Shown piece after piece: positions 1-9,023 of a DNA stretch of 24,728 nt. Source of the stretch: a candidate division FCPU426 bacterium (GTDB lineage Bacteria > Oederibacteriota > JAAXVQ01 > JAUVAV01); contig DAOWGI010000056.1 in the NCBI GenBank assembly GCA_030637655.1, positions 1 to 24,728 on the forward strand, read 5' to 3'. Position numbers and translations under genes: made by a program. The notes below the pieces were generated by a model that worked only from the letters and a program-made list of their open reading frames with translations, had not been told where the DNA came from and did not search any database. Numbering within the stretch: position 1 is the stretch's first letter; each line of letters opens with the position of its first letter.

Positions 1-767
1 GTTATGGCCACCTGGTTTATCAAAGGCAAGTCATCTCTGCCATAAAAATAACTGATCGAGATGTCGTAGTTAAATATATTTCCTCCGATTTTGGCTGCTG
101 CCATGGAACTTTGACCTGAATTATTTTCCGGCAAAATAATTGTGTCTGTAAAATTCCCGACTGTCATTCCCGGCAGTGCTGAAAATGACGGCGAAAGCGC
201 TGAAGCCCAGCCAGCAGAAGGAAGTACTGCCGGCGTAAATATTGGGACATAAACAGCTGCCATGCTGAATTCCCCGATATAACAGGTCATATTTACCGCG
301 TTTGTCCCCAGCTTGCGGCCGAAATCCATTATATCTTCCAGATCATCAGGATTAATATTATTTGTGGGATTAAGTTTGTCAGCCGTTCCCCAGGCAATTA
401 TCTGCCGGCCTACGCGCAGTTCCAGATTATCAATAAATATTTTATGAAAATCAATATAGGCTTCTCTGAAATCCAGGGCCCAGGGAACAACTTTTTCTTT
501 ACCGGGTTCCTGCAAATCGCTTGATTGTGACACGCCCGGCATTCCCCATCCCCTTAACCAGACTTCCCCATAAGCATGGGCTCCGGAAATGTCCGAATCC
601 AATTTGAGCGTCAAACGGTTCTCGTTGCGGACAAACTTATTATTTTCTTCTTCCAGCCGGAAGCGGTTATCCGTAAGCACAGACCCGCTTATATTTACTT
701 CGGCAAATGCGGCTTTGAAAAACAAGACCGCAATCACAATTCCCAACAAAATATTTAATTTGCGCAT
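1..767 (-). CDS. DUF1302-like outer-membrane beta-barrel protein (3' end beyond window; absent from supplied ORF track)
   Basis: Manual translation from ATG at 767 (GGAGG RBS upstream): MRKLNILLGIVIAVLFFKAAFA signal peptide, then FREAYIDF...LRVGRQIIAWGTADKLNPTNNINP, a motif typical of DUF1302-like barrels. It lies directly after the LolA-like and MMPL genes. Confidence 0.75.
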   Translation of the reverse strand, partial: MRKLNILLGIVIAVLFFKAAFAEVNISGSVLTDNRFRLEEENNKFVRNENRLTLKLDSDISGAHAYGEVWLRGWGMPGVSQSSDLQEPGKEKVVPWALDFREAYIDFHKIFIDNLELRVGRQIIAWGTADKLNPTNNINPDDLEDIMDFGRKLGTNAVNMTCYIGEFSMAAVYVPIFTPAVLPSAGWASALSPSFSALPGMTVGNFTDTIILPENNSGQSSMAAAKIGGNIFNYDISISYFYGRDDLPLINQVAI

Positions 768-796
768 ATGCCAATCCTCCTTTTAACCAAAATATT

Positions 797-1597
797 TTAC
801 TTCCTTTTAAGATATCGTCGGGTAAACAGTTCAGCCTTCAAGTCCTGATCAAACTTGCTATGGATAATAATCATCTTAGTTCTGTGATTTTTCTTGAGAT
901 CGCACATCTCGGCTTCTTTGGCTTCCCAATATTTTCCGTTTTTCTCGATTTTTCTTCTTTCCATTGCTTTCCAGAGCTTTCCTTGTTTTGAATAATACCG
1001 GATTTCAATTGGATAAAAATTATCTTTTCTTACCAGCATGACTAATTTTGAATAATCTTTGTTAATTCCTTTTTTTGGTCTTAGCTCAAGCTTATAGTAT
1101 TCAAAAGAAGCTTGTTCCTTTTCCGGCTCGCTTTCAACAAACCCAGGATCATACTCATCGGCAAAATTAATGGCTGCCATGTCATCATAGGTAAAATCCG
1201 TACCGGCAAAACTGGTATTCTTTACATGCGAAGCAATCCGCCGGATTTTTTTGAAAGCCGGCAGATAAAGGTACATAACATCATTAGGCAAATCCAGAAA
1301 GGCCAGGCCTTTTACATCTGCCGGCGAAAAAAATTTGATCATCCTTTTTTCACTGCCTTTTTGCCACATCTTGGCTTCCCGTTTTTTCTCTTTCCCGTTT
1401 TTATCAACAAGTACCATTTCCAGGATGATTTCCTGATCTTTTGGCGCATTGGCCACACTGTCAGCCTTTTTTAGTATTTCCAGAGCGCTAAGTTCCGACG
1501 CTTGAGCTGCCGGTTCTTTGGCTTGCGTTGCAGGCGCCATTAGCATAAACATCAACACTCCTATTGGTATTACCCCCAACAAGTTCCTTTTTCCCAT
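797..1597 (-). CDS. Outer-membrane lipoprotein-sorting protein (LolA-like, DUF1329-related)
   Basis: Signal peptide; motifs F.SPADVKG.AFL, YLYLPAFKKIRRIAS, SFAGTDFTYDDM, C-terminal LFTRRYL. Starts 1 nt after the MMPL stop. Confidence 0.85.
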   Translation of the reverse strand: MGKRNLLGVIPIGVLMFMLMAPATQAKEPAAQASELSALEILKKADSVANAPKDQEIILEMVLVDKNGKEKKREAKMWQKGSEKRMIKFFSPADVKGLAFLDLPNDVMYLYLPAFKKIRRIASHVKNTSFAGTDFTYDDMAAINFADEYDPGFVESEPEKEQASFEYYKLELRPKKGINKDYSKLVMLVRKDNFYPIEIRYYSKQGKLWKAMERRKIEKNGKYWEAKEAEMCDLKKNHRTKMIIIHSKFDQDLKAELFTRRYLKRK

Positions 1598-1598
1598 C

Positions 1599-4595
1599 TT
1601 AAATTTCCTCCTTTTTTATTCTGATTTTTCCCAGTTTTTCTTTTTGCTCTGCTATCTTTTGTCTGACTTTAACCTTCAGTCCGGAGACTATTTTTCTGGA
1701 CAGACGGTCAAAATCGCCGATGAATCCCGCCCGGGTTACTAAAATCAAGGCCGGCAAGATCGTAATCGACGCCAAAGCGCTGAGTATCATGGTTAAGGCG
1801 ATCAGATAACCAAACCTCTGCATAGGAACGATATTTCCCAGCACCAGCACCAGGAAACCCAACATGACTGAGACGGCATTAATAACTATCGCCTTACCGG
1901 TGGTTGCCAAAGTCGTATTCAATGCTTCAATTTCTGAATTACAGCGGCTGAATTCTTCCTTGAATCTGGATAGAAAATGAATGGTGTAATCAATTCCAAT
2001 ACCCACTGCCACGCTGCCTATCAGTACCGTGACTATATCCAGCGGTATATTAAAAACCACCATTATGGTAAATGCCACCAGGATAGTAAGCACGATCGGG
2101 GATAGCGAAATCAATCCGCCGACCAGAGATTTTAACCGGAAGGTAAGCAAAATAAAAACCAGGAAAATGGCAATACTCAGGCTTAGGGCCTGACTTTGCA
2201 TTATTTTCTTATCAATATCCATGTATATTATAGGCATTCCTGTTTGTTTCGCCGTCAGGTTACTTTTATTCTCATCCGGATAGTCATTATTTTTAAATAT
2301 CTTTTTATATTTTAAACTTGTCAAAACAGTCCAATCTTCATTTATCTCCCAGACATCATCGCGCAGGTCATTCATGAAACCTTTATTGTCAGCAAGTTCT
2401 TGCGGAAAAAGCGGCCTTAGTTTTTCAATAAGCTGATTGACCCTGATCCAGTTATCTTCTTCGTTTATAATTGCCGCGATCGAGGCGGCGGTATATTCCA
2501 ACACCTCCGGATCTTCAGCGTATAACGTCTCAGGAATATTTTTTATGAGCAGATTAATAATATCCTTTTCATCTGGAATAGTTTGCCGCAACTTTTTCCC
2601 AATGTCGCGGACAATCCCAGCCATTACTTTTTCTGCGCTTATTTGAATATCCGCTTCCTCACTATGTAAATAATTATTGATTTTAGCGGCTATAATTTTA
2701 ATGGAATCAGGATTAAAGCCCTCCTGCCCGGCGGTTAGACTTGCCATAATTACTGTTTTCAACTCTTTATCAGGAATCGTGCTTTGGCTCCCGCTTTTTC
2801 CGATATCCTGCTGTAGTTTGGATAAAATCCGTTCCGCTTTTTCTTTTTTCAGTTCGTTGGCCAATTTACCGGGAACAAGAGAAATCCTGAATTTGACCAT
2901 GTCGGTTTTCAGTTCTTCCTGAATATAGCGACCAACTACCTTGACCAAAGTATTTAGTTTCTTCGTATTTACTGTGCCTATTTTCGCTTGCACCAGACCC
3001 TCAGTAGCTTCACTATTTATCAGTTGATTTAATATGTCCTGACCCTCAATAAAAAACCATAGATTCGCCACCCCTTCCCTGGTATCGGGAATAGTGGCAT
3101 GTCCGTTCATCACGCGGTTCATTTCGCAAATCAAGTCGGCAATGGACTGGGGATCATTAACATTGGGTTGGGCTTCCAGATATTTCTCGAATTTTATTAT
3201 TTCCTTTAAAACAAAGGGATCTTTCAAATCCCCTTTGACTAATATCTGCATTGGAATAGAACCACCGAGTTTACTTTGCATCATTTCCTCGGCTTGTCTG
3301 ATTTCACTATCTGTTTTAAAGTAATCAACCATATTAACTTCCCGGTTTAAATGCGGTATTGCTAAAAAGCCGATTACTACTGTACCCAGGCATATTCCCA
3401 CTAAAAGTTTTTCACGCCTGAGTACAAATTTCCCCAATCGTTCCATGCTTTTGGTTGACCAATTATCTTCCAGGCCGCCATGATTTAATTTAACTTCCCT
3501 GACTTTTAAAAAGGAAAGAACTGCCGGCAGAAAAGTTACTGAAACAAGCATGGCAAACATCACGCCCAGGGCGGTGAAAACGCCGAATTCCCGGATCAAG
3601 CCTAAACTGGAAGATAGAAATACCAGAAATCCGATCAAGGTGGTAATGCCGGCGAGGAATATAGGAACACCTACTTCGCTCAAGGCATCCTTTATTCCCT
3701 GGATTTTATCCTCCCCGCGATGAATCTCTTCGTTGTATTTAGAAAGCATATGGATTCCGTAAGCACTGCCAATAGCAACCAGCAAAACCGGAATGGCATT
3801 GGAAGCAATGCTAAGCGGGATTTTCATCAAGCTCATTAATCCCAGAGTCCAAACAGTGCTGATCAGCACTGTAATCAATGGCAGAAAAACTCCCCGCAGG
3901 CTTTTGAAACTAAAATAAAGAGTGAGTATTATAAGCAAAATAACCAGAGGAACGAGTTTGCCTAAATCAGCCTTGATAATTTCATCCAGAAAAGTCATCT
4001 GAAAGGGTATACCGGCATAGTATGTTTTTTCCCGGCCCGGAGTATTTTGCACTATCTTTTTCATTTGCTGAGCAAGAGCTACTTTATCAGCTTCTTCTTT
4101 CAGGCGGGCAATGATCAGCGTAATTTTACCGTCAGCCGAAACCAGGCTGCCGCGATACATATCCTTGGAAAGGATGTATGCTTTTATGCTTTTTAATTTT
4201 TTCGGGTCCTGGGGAATATTATCTTTATCAATAAGCTTACCTACTTCCAGGCCGCCCGCGATTTTCTTTATGTCCATAATATCAGTCAGGCTCATCACCT
4301 GAGAAACTTCATCCAGCCCCTTGATCTCCCGGGTAATCCGGTTAACTCGTGTCAGGGTTTCATAATTAAAAATATCCTCGTTTTCCAGGGCAATCATGGC
4401 CAGGGAGTTGCCTCCGAATTTATCCCCAACTTCATTAAAAAGCATTACCAGAGGATCATCCTGGGGCAGATAACTCAAAATATCGCTATTAATCCGGAGG
4501 TCTTTGGCAGAATAACCAAGCCCCAAGGTCAATAGTATTGTTCCCAGAATAATTACTACGCGAAACTTAAGTACAAAATCGGCAAACTTTTGCAT
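1599..4595 (-). CDS. MMPL/RND-superfamily transporter permease
   Basis: Two MMPL repeats with GSAYGIH and GIGIDYTIHF motifs and two TM bundles. Start moved to ATG 4595 (MQKFADF) because AGGAGGGG lies just upstream. Confidence 0.9.
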   Translation of the reverse strand: MQKFADFVLKFRVVIILGTILLTLGLGYSAKDLRINSDILSYLPQDDPLVMLFNEVGDKFGGNSLAMIALENEDIFNYETLTRVNRITREIKGLDEVSQVMSLTDIMDIKKIAGGLEVGKLIDKDNIPQDPKKLKSIKAYILSKDMYRGSLVSADGKITLIIARLKEEADKVALAQQMKKIVQNTPGREKTYYAGIPFQMTFLDEIIKADLGKLVPLVILLIILTLYFSFKSLRGVFLPLITVLISTVWTLGLMSLMKIPLSIASNAIPVLLVAIGSAYGIHMLSKYNEEIHRGEDKIQGIKDALSEVGVPIFLAGITTLIGFLVFLSSSLGLIREFGVFTALGVMFAMLVSVTFLPAVLSFLKVREVKLNHGGLEDNWSTKSMERLGKFVLRREKLLVGICLGTVVIGFLAIPHLNREVNMVDYFKTDSEIRQAEEMMQSKLGGSIPMQILVKGDLKDPFVLKEIIKFEKYLEAQPNVNDPQSIADLICEMNRVMNGHATIPDTREGVANLWFFIEGQDILNQLINSEATEGLVQAKIGTVNTKKLNTLVKVVGRYIQEELKTDMVKFRISLVPGKLANELKKEKAERILSKLQQDIGKSGSQSTIPDKELKTVIMASLTAGQEGFNPDSIKIIAAKINNYLHSEEADIQISAEKVMAGIVRDIGKKLRQTIPDEKDIINLLIKNIPETLYAEDPEVLEYTAASIAAIINEEDNWIRVNQLIEKLRPLFPQELADNKGFMNDLRDDVWEINEDWTVLTSLKYKKIFKNNDYPDENKSNLTAKQTGMPIIYMDIDKKIMQSQALSLSIAIFLVFILLTFRLKSLVGGLISLSPIVLTILVAFTIMVVFNIPLDIVTVLIGSVAVGIGIDYTIHFLSRFKEEFSRCNSEIEALNTTLATTGKAIVINAVSVMLGFLVLVLGNIVPMQRFGYLIALTMILSALASITILPALILVTRAGFIGDFDRLSRKIVSGLKVKVRQKIAEQKEKLGKIRIKKEEI

Positions 4596-4635
4596 GCTTC
4601 CCCTCCTGATTTCCAAAGTCAAACAGCACAATATA

Positions 4636-4656
4636 AAACATATGCGTTTCCTGTTC
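4636..4656. promoter_or_regulatory. Second, degenerate copy of the putative TetR operator, upstream of the MMPL gene
   Basis: AAACATATGCGTTTCCTGTTC matches the 5290-5310 palindrome at 16/21 positions. Confidence 0.5.
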
Positions 4657-4680
4657 GGTTTCAGCCCAAAAAAATATATG

Positions 4681-5271
4681 CTACTTCTTTACTATCCCGT
4701 TAAATAATATTTCCAATAGCTTATTCAGGTTGTCTTCCAGCTCCGGCACCGGAATTTTTATGGTCCAGGGATATTCCAGGCCCTTCAAAGCGGAAATAAT
4801 AGCAAACGATGTCAACTCAACGTCCGGCGCTATAAATATCTTCTTGGCTATTCCCTCGTCTAATATCGCTTTGACGGTTTCTATTTCTTCCTTATAATTA
4901 TTTTCCCGCGCCTTCTCTATAAAAGCATAGTGAGTTAAATATTCATCCTTTAAAGCCGCGTAAATATTTACCAACTCTTTTAAATATTTCATTCTGGTTA
5001 TAATAAAAGCTTTTATTTTTTCTTGGGGTGTTTCTTCTTTATCAACCGCTTCCCTAATTTTGTTGCTTAACACTTTACTTTCTTTATTTATAACTTCCCG
5101 GAAAATATCCTCTTTGTTCCGGAAATAATGGTAAAGAGAAGCTTTGCCCATGCGTGCGGCCTTGGCAATTTCATCAATGGTCGTTTTAAGGAAACCAAAC
5201 CGGGAAAAAAGACCCTGGGCTATATCTACAATAATTCCTTTTCTGTTAGTTTTTTCCGGCATTACTATCAT
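4681..5271 (-). CDS. TetR/AcrR family transcriptional regulator
   Basis: N-terminal HTH LFSRFGFLKTTIDEIAKAARMGKASLYHYFRNKEDIF. The true start may be ATG 5262 (AAGGA RBS). Confidence 0.93.
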   Translation of the reverse strand: MIVMPEKTNRKGIIVDIAQGLFSRFGFLKTTIDEIAKAARMGKASLYHYFRNKEDIFREVINKESKVLSNKIREAVDKEETPQEKIKAFIITRMKYLKELVNIYAALKDEYLTHYAFIEKARENNYKEEIETVKAILDEGIAKKIFIAPDVELTSFAIISALKGLEYPWTIKIPVPELEDNLNKLLEILFNGIVKK

Positions 5272-5289
5272 CCTTTATAAAACGTGTTC

Positions 5290-5310
5290 GAACATATTTG
5301 TTTTATGTTC
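5290..5310. promoter_or_regulatory. Putative TetR operator (GAACATA-N7-TATGTTC)
   Basis: Perfect 7-bp inverted repeat immediately downstream of the putative promoter of the tetR gene. Confidence 0.6.
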
Positions 5311-5311
5311 T

Positions 5312-5340
5312 ATTTAATTACTTTTTTGCTCTTTTGTCAA
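5312..5340 (-). promoter_or_regulatory. Putative sigma70 promoter of the tetR-MMPL operon
   Basis: Minus strand TTGACA-N17-TTAAAT (perfect -35, 4/6 -10). Confidence 0.45.
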
Positions 5341-5359
5341 GTGAAATAACACAAATACG

Positions 5360-5535
5360 GTAACAGGTCAGTGAACTAATGAAAAGAAAATTAACCGCCG
5401 ATGAACGCAGATAGACGCAGATATTTATAGTTTAAGAGATAAAAAAATTAATCTGTATTTATCGGCGTTCATCGGCGGCTAATTTTGGTTCCGGTTTATC
5501 CGGATTAGATTCTTCCCGCTTCACTGATATGTTAC
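5360..5535. mobile_element. MITE-like element 1 (176 bp) with 8-bp target-site duplication
   Basis: Terminal IRs GTAACAGGTCAGTGAA / TTCACTGATATGTTAC (14/16). Direct repeat CAAATACG at 5352-5359 and 5536-5543. Ends shared with 9839-10065. Confidence 0.7.
5387..5486. repeat. Long internal inverted repeat (36-bp arms, 31/36) built on CGCAGAT/GAACGC units
   Basis: 5387-5422 AAAATTAACCGCCGATGAACGCAGATAGACGCAGAT pairs with 5451-5486. Confidence 0.8.
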
Positions 5536-5569
5536 CAAATACGTATCTGGTTATATCAAGCGCCTTTTT

Positions 5570-6619
5570 TTATTGGCCATTTTTTCCCATTTCCCACAAC
5601 TCCATAGCCTGTGGAATCGCTTCCGCAATTGTCACATCATCCAAACAGCTCCGCCTGTCTTGTTGGCAATTTTCAGAGTGACACGGCCGGCAAGGAACAT
5701 CGTGATATAACACTCGATTGTTAGGTGTATCGGGATTGTTGTTTTTAAAATCCGTAGGACCATAACATATCAGAGTCGGGACTCCAAAACTTTCAGCAAA
5801 ATATTTAGGCCCGGAATCATTGCCAATAAAAAGCCGGCTGCCTTTAATTACTGCCGCGACCTGCCGTAGGGGCAGACCCAGGACGCGAATTGCGCTGTCG
5901 CCCAATTCCCGGGCACAAGCTGTGACCAATGATTCTTCCGTTTCTGATCCTGAAAGAATTACTTGGCACTGATATTTTTCTCTTAGCGCTTTTGCTACTT
6001 GGCCGAACTTTTTTGCTTCCCAGAGTTTCAAGGGCCAGCCACCTCCGGGAGATACAACCACAGAGGGAATTTTTTCCTGCCAACCCTGCTGACGTAAAAC
6101 CTGTTGAGCTGTTTCCACATCCTCCGGCGTCAGGAAAAATTCCATGCCATTGCTTTTCCCTTGCCAGCCCAAGGTCTGCGCGAATTGCAGATTTAGATCC
6201 ACTACATACCGGTGCGCTGCCCGGATTCTGTGAGAATAAAAATACTTGCGGCCGCGCAGATCAAACCCCAAACGCCGGGGAATACCTCCCCAAAAACCCC
6301 ACTGCGCAGTACGCATACTGCCGTAAAGATCTAGGTACAGGTTGAATTTCTGCTGCCGAATTTTTTTCAGCGTTTGGAGATAATAGTGCACGGCCTGAAA
6401 CCAGCCGGCTGTACGCAATTGCCGGGCAGGATGCGTCCACACCTGATCCACCCTTGGATTGGTTGCCATCAATTCCTGATACACATCATCAGTTATCATG
6501 GTAATGCGCGAGTCTGGATACAACTCCTTGAGTGCGCGTAATAACGGAAAAGTGGTGAGCACATCACCCAGGGTTCTAAGTTTTACGATAAGAATGTTTT
6601 TAACAGATGTTGGTTTCAT
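5570..6619 (-). CDS. Glycosyltransferase family 9 (LPS core heptosyltransferase-like)
   Basis: ILIVKLRTLGDVL N-terminus, SPGGGWPLKLW, IGNDSGP, YGPT, and CRPC...C...C C-terminal motif. Confidence 0.9.
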   Translation of the reverse strand: MKPTSVKNILIVKLRTLGDVLTTFPLLRALKELYPDSRITMITDDVYQELMATNPRVDQVWTHPARQLRTAGWFQAVHYYLQTLKKIRQQKFNLYLDLYGSMRTAQWGFWGGIPRRLGFDLRGRKYFYSHRIRAAHRYVVDLNLQFAQTLGWQGKSNGMEFFLTPEDVETAQQVLRQQGWQEKIPSVVVSPGGGWPLKLWEAKKFGQVAKALREKYQCQVILSGSETEESLVTACARELGDSAIRVLGLPLRQVAAVIKGSRLFIGNDSGPKYFAESFGVPTLICYGPTDFKNNNPDTPNNRVLYHDVPCRPCHSENCQQDRRSCLDDVTIAEAIPQAMELWEMGKNGQ

Positions 6620-6634
6620 ACCCTACCCCATAAA

Positions 6635-6693
6635 TGTAGGGGCACGATGCTTGTCCGACATCGCTTTAGCGAGTCGGATGCCGTGCCCCTACA
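6635..6693. repeat. GTAG-type REP-like palindrome with an internal second hairpin
   Basis: TGTAGGGGCACG...CGTGCCCCTACA 12-bp arms enclosing TCCGAC-A-TCGCT-TT-AGCGA-GTCGGA. Confidence 0.8.
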
Positions 6694-6701
6694 CAATATA
6701 A

Positions 6702-9023
6702 TTATTGTTCGGCGGTTTTTTTCTTACGAACCGTTTTGGCACGCAATTGGGGGGCAGGTTTGGAACCGAAGGGAGTCCCTTCATTTATACTATTTTTCCG
6801 GTTGGGGGAACCTGCCCCTACGTTTTTTTTTGCCTGCAACACTTCCGCCATAATCTCGATCACATATTCCGGTGTAATGTGTTTCCAACAGTCCAGCTTC
6901 GCACATTCATCCTGGTGGCAAGGCCAGCAGGATTGCGGATCATGCAGCACACGGTGACCTTTTTTTTTCGAATACGGAAACCAGACTTCGGGTTCTCCCG
7001 GACCAAATAAACCTAAGGTCGGCGTATTCACCGCGGGTCCCAAATGCATGGGAAAAGCATCATTGGACAGAACCAGCGCGCAATGAGACCACAAGGCAGC
7101 CAAACGCGCGGGCGGCAATCCTTCCACACTCAGCGAGAGTTTTCCGGCCGCATGCATATAATCCAGTTTCAAGTCTTTCTCGGCAGGGCCAAAAACAAAC
7201 ATGGTTTTCATCCCAAATTTTTCAACAGTTAAGCGGGCAACGTCCAAAAAGTTTTTCAACGGCCACCTTTTGGCCGAATGACTACCGCCCGGAAAAACGC
7301 CGATCACTTTACCGGGCTGTACCCGCCGCTCTTTGAAAAAGGAGCGTATCCATACATCATCTTCTTCACTCACTTTCCAACGCGGTCGCAGGGAGAGTTG
7401 TTTCATGCCAAAACTGCGCAAAATGTCAAAATACGATTCCCAGGCCGGCCGCTTACCCTTCTGATTGGGTTTGGTGATCAGATGGAATAAATACTCCCAG
7501 GCTGTTACGCGAGGACCGATCTTAAAACGGGCGCCACTCATAAAAACCAGCAAAGCGGTTCTGGGATTTCCAAATAAATCGCAGGCCACATCATAATTGC
7601 CGGCCCTGAGTTGGCGTATAGTTTGCCACCAGGACATTAGGTCATAACGCGACATGGATAGAATCCGACTCCAGCCTGCCTCTCCGCCGGCCGCGCCCAC
7701 ACAAGCCGGTTCAGTTAATAAATCCACTTGAGCTTGCGGATAATCCCGTTTGATGAGTCTGGGAATCGGCGAGGCCAGCAGCACATCCCCGCGAAAGCGC
7801 GGACGCAAAAACAACAACCGGGGTTTTTTCGGCAATACCCAGTCCGGCCCTGCGGGATCCGTATGCACAAAAGCCGGCAACAAGCCAATGAGAAAATAGA
7901 CAATCGTGATTACTTGTGAGGTGCCAAAATTGAACTCAAATAAACCATTCACCACAAATCCGATAAAGCCGGCTATAATACCCAATGCTGTCCCGGATCG
8001 CGCCACAGCGTGTTTCCGGTTTTTGCGCCAAGCCAGTAAACCGAAAAGCAGAACAACCATAATCCACCAAATGTATAATCCGGCAGCCGGCAACCCGCCA
8101 TTAATCGCCATCTGCATAAGTGTGTTATGCACATGGGGGGGCCGCTGTTCAATAGCTTTCGGATTTGCCACTTTCCCATACACTTCAGAAAGATTGTCCA
8201 CACCATATCCGCGCAGAGGACGTGCTTTGATTAGTTTAAAGGCTGAACCCCACATGTACCGGCGTTCGGCATTGCTGGAGTGATGTTTGACAGTCAGAGA
8301 AAAAACCCGCTGCGAGATTGGATTTTTCGGAAAAACAACCAGAAAGAGTATGGCAGCCAGTACAAACACCACCGGCAGACGCCAATCGCGCATAATGCCC
8401 AAGAACAGCAAGCCAACTCCCGCGCCAACCCAGGATGATCGGGTATAAGTAAATAAAAGTGCTAATCCCAACAATCCGGCACAGCTTAACCAGAACCATT
8501 GCTGCTTATCCTTTTGAAATAAAAAGCGGGACAAGGATAAAATAAATGCCAGCATGTACATTCCACCGGCTGCCATGTAATCACCGGAAAAGGACTGCGC
8601 CCTTCCTCCATCCAAACCTGCCAGATGAGCAATAATTGACCAGCTGGAACAAATGACAGCACCAATTAAGAACTGATTCAGAATCCGGTCCGCTTTAATC
8701 GGATGCGTAACCAAGGCGGTAGTTAGGAAAAAAACAGCCAGCAACCCGACTTTTCGTAATCCGAAAATCGTGGGATTAAGCCGGCCGGCCAATACAGAAG
8801 ACAGAATAAGTACCGCAGCCAACAACAACAGCGGCCAGTTCAAAGGTGTTCGGGTAAAATTCCATTCCCGCTTCAAGCCCATGCTGATCAACCAGGCGGC
8901 AATGGCCAGAAATACAAAATTTTGCATGGCAATGCTGGCCACCGCAAAAAAGGCAAACACAGTAAGTGCCCAGCACGACAAGCGCTCGGCCCGTAACACG
9001 GCCAAAGATCCGGCAATATTCAT
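6702..9023 (-). CDS. O-antigen ligase (WaaL-like) domain fused to a C-terminal GT9 glycosyltransferase
   Basis: N-terminal multi-TM region with TYTRSSWVG, ERRYMW...PLRGYG and HVHN ligase motifs. C-terminal part has LFLRPRFRGDVLL, FPGGSHSAKRWP, SNDAFPMHLG and CWPC. Start set at ATG 9023 (GGAGGA RBS, ATGA overlap with the upstream stop). Confidence 0.85.
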   Translation of the reverse strand: MNIAGSLAVLRAERLSCWALTVFAFFAVASIAMQNFVFLAIAAWLISMGLKREWNFTRTPLNWPLLLLAAVLILSSVLAGRLNPTIFGLRKVGLLAVFFLTTALVTHPIKADRILNQFLIGAVICSSWSIIAHLAGLDGGRAQSFSGDYMAAGGMYMLAFILSLSRFLFQKDKQQWFWLSCAGLLGLALLFTYTRSSWVGAGVGLLFLGIMRDWRLPVVFVLAAILFLVVFPKNPISQRVFSLTVKHHSSNAERRYMWGSAFKLIKARPLRGYGVDNLSEVYGKVANPKAIEQRPPHVHNTLMQMAINGGLPAAGLYIWWIMVVLLFGLLAWRKNRKHAVARSGTALGIIAGFIGFVVNGLFEFNFGTSQVITIVYFLIGLLPAFVHTDPAGPDWVLPKKPRLLFLRPRFRGDVLLASPIPRLIKRDYPQAQVDLLTEPACVGAAGGEAGWSRILSMSRYDLMSWWQTIRQLRAGNYDVACDLFGNPRTALLVFMSGARFKIGPRVTAWEYLFHLITKPNQKGKRPAWESYFDILRSFGMKQLSLRPRWKVSEEDDVWIRSFFKERRVQPGKVIGVFPGGSHSAKRWPLKNFLDVARLTVEKFGMKTMFVFGPAEKDLKLDYMHAAGKLSLSVEGLPPARLAALWSHCALVLSNDAFPMHLGPAVNTPTLGLFGPGEPEVWFPYSKKKGHRVLHDPQSCWPCHQDECAKLDCWKHITPEYVIEIMAEVLQAKKNVGAGSPNRKNSINEGTPFGSKPAPQLRAKTVRKKKTAEQ
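6751..6821. repeat. REP-like GTAG palindrome embedded in the 3' end of the ligase-GT9 gene
   Basis: GGGGCAGGTT (6751-6760) and AACCTGCCCCTAC (6809-6821) form a 10-bp perfect IR with a GTAG end on the minus strand. Confidence 0.6.

Noticed and set aside
576-786. Two short plus-strand ORFs (60 and 65 aa)
   Set aside because: Antisense to the DUF1302-like gene, which has an RBS, signal peptide and family motif.
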